A stretch of 64,000 bases of DNA, taken from the NCBI GenBank assembly GCA_964057225.1, contig OZ059900.1:9486001-9550000 (forward strand). Reading direction: 5' to 3'. The DNA is from Auanema rhodensis. Its lineage: Eukaryota; Animalia; Nematoda. A program made the position numbers and the translations under genes. Numbering within the stretch: position 1 is the stretch's first letter; each line of letters begins with the position of its first letter. Shown here piece by piece: positions 41,799-53,360 of the stretch. The notes beneath the pieces were generated by a model. That model was not told the DNA's origin, did not search any database, and was given only the letters and a program-made list of their open reading frames with translations.

Positions 41799-42847
41799 TC
41801 TTGAGAGCGATGACGACGTTGAAACAACTCACATGTACTTCTGTAGCCAGAAATATCTCAGATATATCTGGTCAAGGCCAAAAAGCACATGGTTAGTATA
41901 TGTGATCTTATCTCATATTATCTGGATATATAAAAAGGATCTGTGGAAGGATCGATAGTGTATATTACCTTTGTTTAGAAAAAAAACGAAATAGTAGTGG
42001 CATATTTAATGTGTTACACTCCAATGTATTCATTCTGCACGGGTGTTAGATCACTTAAAGCAGTTGTAGAAGTTAATGATATATAGAGGGCAGTGGGTAT
42101 GCAAGAGATAGAATAGAACTGATTGTTCTTTGCAGTCATATTATATCTGATGAGTATCTTATCTTTTTTAACATTCAGCCGATTATACTAAAAAAGAATG
42201 TTCATCCGTCTTTTCTGATCTAATCGTAGATATATCATACTAGAAATACTGACAGACCTTTTGTTTCGTTGTTATCAATTTTTTTCTCTCTAATTCTTTC
42301 AAAAATTAATGTAAGAATTGAAGAGAATTCAGCTGAAGAACATGATCAAAATGATTTGTACTGAAGAATAATCAGTCAAAAGCTTTACTTTCTTATCTAT
42401 AAACCTATAATGAACGTTCTTTGTTGTAGGCTAATGGCCAGACGGCCTAAATACTATATAAATCATTGTAACAATGCCATTCTCTTATCTAGTCAAATTT
42501 TATAAAATAAATGGAATGAACCTTGTTTAATGATGCAACCTCAACAAATAAACTTTCCAGATATAAAGTTTTTTCTTATAAAGTACGAGACGAATGTTTT
42601 TTTTTCATTTGAAAGCATTTCTTTCTTTTCTTCGCTCAAAGTTTTACATTTCATATCCATTATAATCATCTTCACATCGGATTCTTTATCGCAATGCTTT
42701 GTATTTCTTTTTGCTGTCATCAGTTCTTTTAACGCTTGCATTTTTTCTAATTGATGTCTACATTGTTTCGCATTTTATTTGTCTCTATTTTCCTCATAAT
42801 GTGAAAATGAAACGCAGCAAAAATACGCATATATAACTTTGCAGAAG

Positions 42848-45289
42848 ATGGTTCGAAAAACTAATTGTTGGTCATTTTCAATGCTTCGGGATTTTGCCAC
42901 TGTTTTAGTTTTGATGTTTAAAGGAGCATCTTGGAGTTTTTTATTCATGATAGCAGTATTTATAATATCAGCAGGAAGTATATTCTACTTACATTGACAT
43001 GATTAATTTTTTTCTTTGTTTCAGATGAGGTTATTGTTTACCGCTCAGGAAAACTTATTGGTAATTTCTATAGAACATTGCTTACCTATGATGAACCTGG
43101 ATTCTGGAAAACGTTTTTACAAGCATCCTTTTTATATCTTGGTCAAACACTGGTAAACCATTTTTTAATAATATTTCATGTTTTTTATTTGTCTTAGATG
43201 ATTGCAACATTCACATTCTTAGCCTGGATATTATCTTATATGTTGAGAAAAAATTTAGTTAAACAGTTACATAATATTTATTATAATGGAAAGGCATATT
43301 ATCACATGTGCCATGATAAGAACGCTGATATTGATAATCCGTAAGAAATTTTCGTCTTTTTTTTGCTGGTTAATTCATTTTAAATTTTTATTAAAAACTT
43401 TTACAGAGATCAAAGAATAACACAAGATGCTGATAAATTAACAACCATTTTTGGCCAATCCATAGTTCCTACCATCTTAGTTGCCCCCGCTATTATCACT
43501 TTCTATACAATCGAAACATGGAAAACGTTTGTGAAGCATCATTGAGATGAATAATTTAGAATTCTTTTTAGAGCAGGCGGCATTTCAGTAGCATGTATTT
43601 ATGGATATTTCGTTCTTGGATTTGTCATCAATCGTATCCTGGGAATCAAAATCACAAGATGGACTCGTGCACGTGAACAAGCTGAAGGAGATTTTCGGTA
43701 AAATTTCAAAGAAAAAAATCAATTTTCATTAAACAGTTTAAAGATTCAAGCATATGTCGGTCAGAGATAACGCGGAAGAATCAGCTTTTTACGATGCCGA
43801 CACTTTTGAGCTTGTAAGAATTTTGTATATTTTCATTTGTTTCATCACAAAACATTGCTACAGATCGAATCCAATCGTTTTCTTTCTGCTCTTATCAGTG
43901 TTGCAAAACGAGGTGCCATTTGGAAGTATCCAGCACAATGTGAGTTTGAATAAAAACATAACCTCGTTAAAGCTATGTGAATAACTATATAGGGTTCCAA
44001 CTGTTTTTTGACTACTATGGTGGTGTGTTGACTTATCTTATCCAAGTCATTCCTATCTTTGTTTTGCACTCCTATAAGGATATGGAGCCAGGAAAGTTTG
44101 CTCAACAAATCAGTAATGTGAATATTTTTCAAATTATATGTAATCTTTACACAAATAATTTTATAGAATGCTTTTGTCTTTATATATCTAATCAACTGCT
44201 TCACTCGTTTAACTGATTTAGCAATGAATATTGGAGAAATGGCTGGATATACTATCAGGTATTGAAAACTTATTTATCAGTTTAGTCAACATATTATATT
44301 ATAGAATTGCTGAATTTGTATGTTTCTGTCGACATACAGCAGGAGATAGCTTGCAATGCTATGATAATAGCTGCTCTGAAAAAGATAAGCTGTTCACGTT
44401 ACAGAATGTAAATATTCTTCATCCAACAGAAAACAAGAAAATTAATGCAAACGGTAGTTTACATACATGTTTTCCTGAGTATTTTATTGTCTAATTTAGA
44501 CCTAACATTGAATTTTAATTCACAAGATAGCGTTCTGATTACCGGCGCAAGTGGTAGTGGTAAAACTTCCTTGTTGCGCATTCTTAAAGGGCTCTGGGCA
44601 CCATCAGCAGGTATTAAGCACCTATTGAAATGTTTTAAAAGCCATATTACTTTCAAGGAGATATACAATTCTCACGTGATTCGCATGATGTCATGTTTTT
44701 GCCTCAAACGTGCTATTTGCCAACTGGTGGGTTATCATTGATTGAACAATTGATGTTCCCTAAGCATTTGTCTACCACGGAGAAAGTACCAGGTATTGAT
44801 GATGATGAAGATGCTGAAAAGTAATTTAACAAGTTTAGAAGTGCACATCGTACGAAATATTCTATGTCAGCTCAAACTTGAGCATCTTATCTCATTGTGT
44901 GGCGATTTCAACGATCCAGCTGATTTTGAATGGTATAATAGTTCTTTTTACTTTTAACTCATACGGTATTTATTGTAGGAAAGATGTCTTGTCACCAGGA
45001 GAACAGCAACGATTATCCATTGCTCGTGCACTGATTAGAAAACCAAAAATGCTAGTAATGGATGAGGCAACATCAAGTGTTGGGGAAGATATGGAAAAAA
45101 TAATATATGCTTTATTGAAAACGGTACGTCGACAACTTTCATTGTAAACTGAAAAATTTCATTCTTCAGGAGAATATAAAATATATTTCTACTGGACATC
45201 GTCAATCTCTGTATAGATATCATGATTTTAAGTTATCATTATCCGGAAAAGAATGGAAGATGTCCAAAATTGAACAAACAGATTTATAA
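42848..45289 (+). CDS. ABCD4: ABC half-transporter, subfamily D (ABCD4 / nematode pmp-3/pmp-5-like)
   Basis: DIDNP-DQRITQD, EGDFR-FKHMSVRDNAEESAFY (EAA-like motif), Walker A GASGSGKTS, signature LSPGEQQRL, Walker B LVMDEATS, H-loop STGHR; TTTTGCAG acceptor 3 nt before the ATG. Confidence 0.9.
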
Positions 45290-45828
45290 TTTATAAATAT
45301 TGAATATATAATATTTATGCATACATACTTTACAAATAATTGTTTTGAAATCGATAAAACTTAAAAAAAATTAATGCGTTGTCACATACCATATTGATCG
45401 AATTTAAAAGTTAAAATAATTTGAAAAAAATAGCAGCATAGCGAATGAATATTTCTCTTTCTCTCTCTATTTCCTATCACTGTCTTCATTTATACATTCT
45501 TATATTTTATAGAAAACATATATCTAATATATCAAAATAACTAAAAAAAATTGAATTCATTCTCATCAAAATGCTTTGTTAATTTTTCTGAAATCGTAAT
45601 AGGTGTATTAGAAAAAAAGTTCAAAAAACACTGTAAACGTAAAAAAATTTCTTTTTTCTTTGCTCATAACCCTGCGCAGAATTTCACATTTGAAAAAGAA
45701 AAAATAAAAGTAAATACAAAGAAATAATCGATTAGAGAATCAATTACTCTAAGAATATTTATAGTTTATCATATATGTAGTATGAATTATCTTATTATAT
45801 ATTTTATATTTTATAGTTAATTCATATA

Positions 45829-45900
45829 ACATCTTAGTATAATGGTTGTATTTCAGTTATAGTAAGGTGCACTTGTAGGTTCAAATCCTACAGTGATATC
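45829..45900 (+). pseudogene. tRNA-like (SINE-head-like) element; mirror copy at ~49216-49287 (-)
   Basis: A-box-like TAGTATAATGG and a perfect T-arm TGTAGG-TTCAAAT-CCTACA; no proper anticodon arm; followed by (CT)n tracts. Confidence 0.55.
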
Positions 45901-45940
45901 AAAGAAAACATAAAATATATCTCTCTCTCTCTCTAAAATA

Positions 45941-45982
<42 letters not shown>

Positions 45983-46173
45983 AAATAGATAAATCTCTCT
46001 ATAATCAGACACTTGGCCAAGTTACTACAAGAAAAACTTAAAGCTGCACTAATCATAATCATAAAGAAATTCTGAAACTCATCTTATCCTCGACTCCATT
46101 GTTTCGAAAAAGTTTTGGATTTCAAATACTCTTGTCGATCTTCTTATTTGCGATTAAAACATTAACATTATAA

Positions 46174-46242
46174 GCCAAATGGTCGAGTGGTCTGTATGGT
46201 AAACGCTTACAAGCCACTGTAAAGGTACGATCCCTTTCTGCG
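46174..46242 (+). pseudogene. Second tRNA-like element; mirror copy at ~48890-48958 (-)
   Basis: A-box TGGTCGAGTGG and T-arm-like AAAGG-TACGATC-CCTTT; cloverleaf incomplete. Confidence 0.45.
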
Positions 46243-46946
46243 TTTTTTATGAAAATCGATACCAAATCGAAAATCCAAAAAACACTCCGATGGATTTGGA
46301 CCTTAAAGAAGCCATTTTTTTGAAATTCCGAAGCTTATAACTCTGTTCAAAATCAATTTTCTTTCAAATTTATTATATATTCTCGTAGCTCAGCAATGGG
46401 CCCTCCTTTTCACAAAAATTCAAAGCTGTATCTCACCTCACTCAGTAGTTATTCTTCTTCAAAACGAACACAAATATTCAAAAACTTGACTTTAAAGGCC
46501 ATTATCTCCTTTCTCCTTCAAGTTATCGAAAAACTTCAAACGGATTCTGAATCTACTTAACGAGATTTATCAGATAAACTACTTATATGAAAGTTTGAAG
46601 CACTTTGAATTTTTGAAAAATCAAGAATTTAGCCATTTTTCAGTTTGAGAAATAAAAAATTTGTATTTTCTTTGTTTTGAGTGATGCATCTGAAGCGCAT
46701 TGAAACGCTGATTCCAAATATGAAAATCTCAGCTACCAATTTTCACTCTGAAAAGAGTTACGGGGCTTTAAACATTCTGACGTCAAACATTCAGAAGGCT
46801 ATATCTCCTCTCAGACAGCGTTTCAGAGACTCGTAAGTATCAGAATCGTTTTCTACGCTATTGTTTCATCTTAGGTAATCAATTTCAGAACGTTTCCTCA
46901 AAATTTTCAATTTTCGATCAAATTGTCCGATTCCATGTACTCCCCC

Positions 46947-47894
46947 CTTACCTACTTTTCGACCAAAACTGGCCATCACTCAAAAGATATTTTCAGTTAA
47001 ATCGATAATTATATAATATAATTAGAATCAAAATGATGTAAATCAAACACATTCTCAAGCTTTTTCTGAAGAGTTGCCAGTTGTTAATCCTGATTCTTCA
47101 TGAAGTATTTCCTGTTCTTACCTACTTTTTGACCGAAATTGGCCATCACTCAAAAAATATTTTCAGATTAAATCGATAATTATATAATATAATTAGAATC
47201 AAAATGATGTAAATCAAACACATTCTCAAGCTTTTTCTGAAAAGTTGCCAGTTGTTAATCCTGATTCTTCATGAAGTATTTCCTGTTCTTACCTACTTTT
47301 TGACCGAAATTGGCCATCACTCAAAAAATATTTTCAGATTAAATCGATAATTATATGATATAATTAGAATCAAAATGATGTAAATCAAACACATTCTCAA
47401 GCTTTTTCTGAAAAGTTGCCAGTTGTTAATCCTGATTCTTCATGAAGTATTTCCTGTTCTTACCTACTTTTTGACCGAAATTGGCCATCACTCAAAAAAT
47501 ATTTTCAGATTAAATCGATAATTATATGATATAATTAGAATCAAAATGATGTAAATCAAACACATTCTCAAGCTTTTTCTGAAAAGTTGCCAGTTGTTAA
47601 TCCTGATTCTTCATGAAGTATTTCCTGTTCTTACCTACTTTTTGACCGAAATTGGCCATCACTCAAAAAATATTTTCAGATTAAATCGATAATTATATGA
47701 TATAATTAGAATCAAAATGATGTAAATCAAACACATTCTCAAGCTTTTTCTGAAAAGTTGCCAGTTGTTAATCCTGATTCTTCATGAAGTATTTCCTGTT
47801 CTTACCTACTTTTTGACCGAAATTGGCCATCACTCAAAAAATATTTTCAGATTAAATCGATAATTATATGATATAATTAGAATCAAAATGATGT
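46947..47894 (+). repeat. Tandem array, ~5.5 copies of a 170-171 bp unit
   Basis: Unit starts CTTACCTACT at 46947, 47117, 47288, 47459, 47630 and 47801; copies 2-6 are almost identical. Confidence 0.95.
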
Positions 47895-49692
47895 TTAAGA
47901 GAAAGAATAACATGAATACTCATCTTCAAACTCTTTCATCAGTTGTATCATAGTAACTTAGATTCTATTAAGTTTTAACCAGGATTCCCAAGACTTTCGT
48001 CAAACAGTACGTAAGAACAGGAAATACTTCATGAAGAATCAGGATTAACAACTGGCAACTCTTCAGAAAAAGCTTGAGAATGTGTTTGATTTACATCATT
48101 TTGATTCTAATTATATCATATAATTATCGATTTAACTGAAAATATCTTTTGAGTGATGGCCAGTTTTGGTCGAAAAGTAGGTAAGGGGGGAGTACATGGA
48201 ATCGGACAATTTGATCGAAAATTGAAAATTTTGAGGAAACGTTCTGAAATTGATTACCTAAGATGAAACAATGGCGTAGAAAACGATTCTGATACTTACG
48301 AGTCTCTGAAACGCTGTCTGAGAGGAGATATAGCCTTCTGAATGTTTGACGTCAGAATGTTTAAAGCCCCGTAACTCTTTTCAGAGTGAAAATTGGTAGC
48401 TGAGATTTTCATATTTGGAATCAGCGTTTCAATGCGCTTCAGATGCATCACTCAAAACAAAGAAAATACAAATTTTTTATTTCTCAAACTGAAAAATGGC
48501 TAAATTCTTGATTTTTCAAAAATTCAAAGTGCTTCAAACTTTCATATAAGTAGTTTATCTGATAAATCTCGTTAAGTAGATTCAGAATCCGTTTGAAGTT
48601 TTTCGATAACTTGAAGGAGAAAGGAGATAATGGCCTTTAAAGTCAAGTTTTTGAATATTTGTGTTCGTTTTGAAGAAGAATAACTACTGAGTGAGGTGAG
48701 ATACAACTTCGAATTTTTGTGAAAAGGAGGGCCCATTGCTGAGCTACGAGAATATATAATAAATTTGAAAGAAAATTGATTTTGAACAGAGTTATAAGCT
48801 TCGGAATTTCAAAAAAATGGCTTCTTTAAGGTCCAAATCCATCGGAGTGTTTTTTGGATTTTCGATTTGGTATCGATTTTCATAAAAAACGCAGAAAGGG
48901 ATCGTACCTTTACAGTGGCTTGTAAGCGTTTACCATACAGACCACTCGACCATTTGGCTTATAATATTAATGTTTTAATCGCAAATAAGAAGATCGACAA
49001 GAGTATTTGAAATCCAAAACTTTTTCGAAACAATGGAGTCGAGGATAAGATGAGTTTCAGAATTTCTTTATGATTATGATTAGTGCAGCTTTAAGTTTTT
49101 CCTGTAGTAACTTGGCCAAGTGTCTGATTATAGAGAGATTTATCTATTTTAGAGAGAGAGAGAGAGAGAGATTTATATATTAGAGAGAGAGAGAGAGATA
49201 TTTTATATTTTCTTTGATATCACTGTAGGATTTGAACCTACAAGTGCACCTTACTATAACTGAAATACAACCATTATACTAAGATGTTATATGAATTAAC
49301 TATAAAATATAAAATATATAATAAGATAATTCATACTACATATATGATAAACTATTAATATTCTTAGAGCAATTGATTTTCTTGATTATCTAATCAATTT
49401 TTTCTTTATATTTATTGTTCTTCTTGTATTTCTCAAACATGAGATGCGTAATTTAATAAAATTCATAATTTTCTCAAATAATGAATAAAGAAGAATATAT
49501 AAACCTAGTTTCTTGATAAATTTTAGAAAAGGTATTCCTTCTGAATCAGGTAAGCTTTGAAATCAGAAAAGCTATGAACTCATGTCACTACTTCCTTTGA
49601 GGCCGTGCCCATTCATTCCTATCTTCCTAGTTTAAATAATTTTTCTTTTTTATTATATATTTTCCTATAAGCATACATAAACACACCTATAA

Positions 49693-49773
49693 GCACCCGG
49701 AATTCCCAAGCCGTCTCCGATCCCAGTATTAAACAGGCCCAACGTTGCTTGACTTGCCAGATCGGATGGGATG
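49693..49773 (-). pseudogene. 5S rRNA pseudogene (truncated)
   Basis: GCACCCGGAATTCCCAAGCCGTCTCCGATCC...GCCAGATCGGATGGGATG matches the internal part of the intact 5S copies with substitutions; the 5' ~30 nt are missing. Confidence 0.85.
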
Positions 49774-50407
49774 CTTACTTTTTTTTTCTTTTCGTCGTAA
49801 GTTTTCAATGAGAGCGATTATTCTCCCCCAAAGAGCATGAGCCGTTCCCGGCAGTATAAATCACTAATGAACTAAACAGAATACGGTTTCTTTATTGAGA
49901 TTCATCTTGGAATGAATCTCTTAAATCAGATTCTTTTCATTTTCCTCACTAAATAGATAGTGAGAATTCAAAATTAGAATAATAGAGTCTTGAAAGACCC
50001 GTTATAATTAATTTTTCTGCTTAAACGATTAGGTTGACCTCCCATAGTTGTGCACCGTATGCCACATGGGGGCAGATTACTAGTTCATTTGGAAGATATC
50101 CCTGACTAGGCAGATTGTTGTGTAGTGTTAAAGAATTGAAAAACCAAACTTCTTTCGAATAGTTAGACCAAAACTACAAAACGAATAAACGGTGTTTGGA
50201 TAGCCTTTCACATGTTTTGTTTGTAAAAATAAAAGAAAAACTATGAAAGATAACATAAAACATTTATTGAAAAACAAGACAATTTATGAAAATAAGAAAG
50301 AAAAATCAATTTCAGCAATAATCTAGATGTCTATTCCAAATTGGTAGAATCGTTGAAACATTGTTCGACTGAAAACAGATGATTACAACGAAAAAAAAAA
50401 AGAAAAC

Positions 50408-50998
50408 TCACTGTTGCTGTGCCAAAAGTGTTTTCAACTTCCTGAAATGTTTTCGGTTTGCATCCAACTCTTCCAGAACACCGGCCGGAAGTGAAATACC
50501 ACGTTCACGGTGAAGTTCTACTTGTGTTTGGACAAATTTCATATAATTCGTCATGAAAATATGAAGTTTTCGGAATTCCAATTGTGTCATGTATGTGTGT
50601 CTTTCATCTATACTTAAGGCGTTTGCTTTCACTTCGAGGAATCTTCTCATATTAGCCAAATTCTTCTTTAAGTCTAGTACTAACTCTGAGTTCATGTTGT
50701 ACAGTTCGATCTCATGAATAAGCTGGTCTTCCAACATTGAAATTCTAGAATTCAGCTCTTCCATTCCTTTAGCCGAGTCAGGGTCAGTCTCCAAAATTGT
50801 ATCCACTTCATCAAAACGATCATATCTCTCTAATCGAATTCGTGTGATCTCTTTTTTACATTCAGCAATACGATCTTGAATGATTTTCTCATGAGCGTTG
50901 TCATGATCACGAAAAATGTCATAATCGCTATACAAGGGTGCCTCTACTTCCTATAATCAAGTGGAAACTAAGAAAATCAATCAATAATAGCTAACCAT
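50408..50998 (-). CDS. Orphan ~181-aa charged, helical/coiled-coil-like protein (ATG micro-exon plus one large exon)
   Basis: 543-nt open exon 50950-50408; ATG at 50998-50996 is joined in frame by a 45-nt GTTAG...TTATAG intron (50995-50951); AATAAA on the minus strand at ~50263-50268; E/K/R/L-rich composition. Confidence 0.65.
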
Positions 50999-51225
50999 AT
51001 CATATAATTTATATTCAGGAAAAAAAGAAAAATAATTGAGAGTAATGAGAAGAAATTACCTAGAAAAACTAAAAATTTAATTCAAAAATTCAAAAAAATA
51101 AATCAAAAATATGTCAAAGCCGTTTGAATTACTGACAGTAATAATTGAAAATCCCGCGTATCAGTAGAGCACATATGTGATTATCAATAACTAATTTCAG
51201 GAACTTTTTTTTCTGAAAACGAAAA

Positions 51226-51344
51226 AGCTTACGGCACCCGGGATTCCCAAGCCGTCTCCGATCCAAGTACTAACCGGGCCCAACGTTGCTTGACTTGCCA
51301 GATCGGACGGGATGGCGTACTTTCAACGTGGTATGGTCGTAAGC
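51226..51344 (-). rRNA. 5S rRNA
   Basis: GCTTACGACCATACCACGTTGAAAGTACGCCATCCCGTCCGATCTGGCAAG...GGGTGCCGTAAGC followed by a T-run terminator. Confidence 0.97.
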
Positions 51345-51460
51345 GAATGACAAGTTTAGTTCTGCGCTTATAATTGTGAACTTCGTTAAATGTGTCGCAG
51401 TTTTCTTATTTATTTTCTAATGTCAAATATACTATAAAAGGAAAAGTGTAGATTTGTGAG

Positions 51461-51574
51461 CGACCCGTGAGATGGAGCTAGCAAGCCAGCATCTACCTCA
51501 AGTCTCAAAAATCGGTTAACCTTATTGTGAACCAATGGAACACATATCGAAGGTTAATTCGATAAGAACGATTA
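51461..51574 (-). pseudogene. U2 snRNA fragment (nt ~38-151), tandem with the full gene
   Basis: 114-bp direct repeat of 51625-51738 (period 164) with one visible substitution. Confidence 0.9.
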
Positions 51575-51586
51575 TTCTCCCCTAAA

Positions 51587-51775
51587 GGGGATGGGCCGTT
51601 CCCGCCAGCAGTGCAAGAGCGGGTCGACCCGTGAGATGGAGCTAGCAAGCCAGCATCTACCTCAGGTCTCAAAAATCGGTTAACCTTATTGTGAACCAAT
51701 GGAACACATATCGAAGGTTAATTCGATAAGAACGATTACTACACTTTGATCTTAGCCAAAAGGCCGAGAAGCGAT
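51587..51775 (-). ncRNA. U2: U2 snRNA (full length, variant at nt 40-42)
   Basis: ATCGCTTCTCGGCCTTTTGGCTAAGATCAAAGTGTAGTA; stem IIa TATCGAA-TTAACC-TTCGATA; Sm site GATTTTTG; loop IV TTGCACTG. Confidence 0.92.
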
Positions 51776-52581
51776 ACTGCAACGTCGTCAGAAACATAAA
51801 CATTGAGATTACGTATCGTACTTCATACGAGTGCACTTGCTCTTTTGACCACAAGTGTCAGATTTGACTTTTTTGGGTGTACCGGTCATTAATGACTTAT
51901 GTAAGGGGTCAGATTTGGTCAATTGGTTGATTTCTCATTTTTTCTTTCCTTAAATTATTATATATATATAATTATATAATAAAAATAATAAAGTTTTTAT
52001 ATAAAAGTCACAAAAAAAAAAATTTTGAAAAAAATTTTTTTTCGAGTATTTATGACTTTCATGAACTTATGTCACTAGTATCCCTTGTGGCCCTTTTCTT
52101 CATATTCATCAATTTATATATTTTTATTATGTAGTTCGCCATGAATATGTAGATAAATAGAAACATTAGAAGAAAATTATTTGAAAAAAAGTATTATATA
52201 CCGTACACCACAACTCTCTATAATACATTTTCAGGAAAACGCCCAAATTTCTGTACATACATAATTAATAAACTTGATAGGTTACATCATTGGGAAATGA
52301 AGTTCCAGAAAATCTCTCTGCATCTTGGATTTCAAAAAGTTCTTTCTATTGAAGATGTGCTGCAAAATGTAGAAGTATTTGCTTTATATGTATAGCTTGT
52401 TACATACTTTTTTTGAATTTACTGAAAAATAAAAGAATTAAATTAAAAAAAAGTATTTAACAAGCTATATATGTAAGAAAAAATAATAATTGGAAATAGA
52501 ATCATTAAATCCGTGTATCAATAGAGCGTATATCTGATTATCAATAACTATTTTCTTAAACTTTTTTTCTGAAAACGAAAA

Positions 52582-53114
52582 AGCTTACGGCACCCGGGAT
52601 TCCCAAGCCGTCTCCGATCCAAATACTAATTGGGCCCTGTCACGGTCAACGTGAATATACGTACTTTTATTACAGTAACTTTTTGTTTGTATTTTTTGAA
52701 TGAAGACACCAGATGAATGAACTCCACCCCTTTAACCATCTGGTGTCTCCCTATAAAAGGGAGAACCAGATGGTTAAAGGGGTGGAGTTCATTCATCTGG
52801 TGTCTCCCTATAAAAGGGAGAACCAGTTGGTTAAATTTTATGTCTTACCAATTTTTGAATTGATTTTAGGATTTTTTAGGAAGTTCTAAAATCAATCTAC
52901 TTGCTGTAATTCATTTTACTGTTGTTGCATTCGTTGAATAAACCTTTCTTCATTTTACTTGTCTTAACGCATAACACCGCACTCATACAAACCGACTCCA
53001 TACTTGGACTGATACTTGGAGGTAATAGTCCAGTTGTCAAGCGACAGGCCCAACGTTGCTTGACTTGCCAGATCGGACGGGATGGTGTACTTTCAAGGTG
53101 GTATGGTCGTAAGC
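52582..53114 (-). pseudogene. 5S rRNA gene interrupted by a solo LTR
   Basis: 5S halves at 52582-52637 and 53047-53114, with GGCCC duplicated at both junctions. Confidence 0.93.
52638..53046 (+). mobile_element. Solo LTR (409 bp), probably BEL/Pao
   Basis: TGTCACGGT...AAGCGACA termini, 5-bp TSD GGCCC (52633-52637 and 53047-53051), TATAAAA boxes then AATAAA (~52937). Termini resemble those of the full-length element (TGTCGCGGT...AAGCGACA). Confidence 0.88.
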
Positions 53115-53250
53115 GAAGTTAAAGTTTAGTTTTGCGTTTATCAAAGTGAGCTTCGCTGACCGTGGTATCAGAAAGAGCGCAACTTTGGGCAGAAATAAAA
53201 CGTCTGGGTTATATTTTGTCCGGATTTTAGCATTACTCGCCGTGGTATGA

Positions 53251-53360
53251 TGGTAACACATATCGAAGTTTAGTTCAATGAGAGGGATTATTGTCCCCCA
53301 AAGGGATGGGTAGTTCCCGTCAGCAGTGCAAGAACGGGTCGACCCGTGAGATGGAGCTAG
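53251..53360 (-). pseudogene. Degenerate U2 fragment spanning the same 3'-end/nt-38 junction; a shorter relic lies at ~49805-49855
   Basis: ACACATATCGAAG...GATTATTGTCCCCCAAAGGGATGGG...GCAGTGCAAGAACGGGTCGACCCGTGAGATGGAGCTAG aligns with ~51540-51645. Confidence 0.8.

Larger units (their letters stand above)
45738..49378. repeat. Large inverted repeat (foldback-like or inverted duplication); arms ~45738-47121 and ~48011-49378
   Basis: The right arm is the near-exact reverse complement of the left, e.g. CATGTACTCCCCCCTTAC at ~46934 versus GTAAGGGGGGAGTACATG at 48181. Outer edges decay gradually and no TSD was identified. Confidence 0.93.

Noticed and set aside
45829-46242. Functional tRNA genes
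   Set aside because: Only D-loop/T-arm signatures; no convincing acceptor and anticodon stems, so they are listed as tRNA-like relics.
46947-47894. CRISPR-like array
   Set aside because: Units are contiguous 171-bp repeats with no unique spacers, in eukaryotic DNA with no cas genes.
51505-53122. ORFs at 51505-51699, 51669-51854 and 52922-53122
   Set aside because: They are translations of U2, 5S and LTR sequence.
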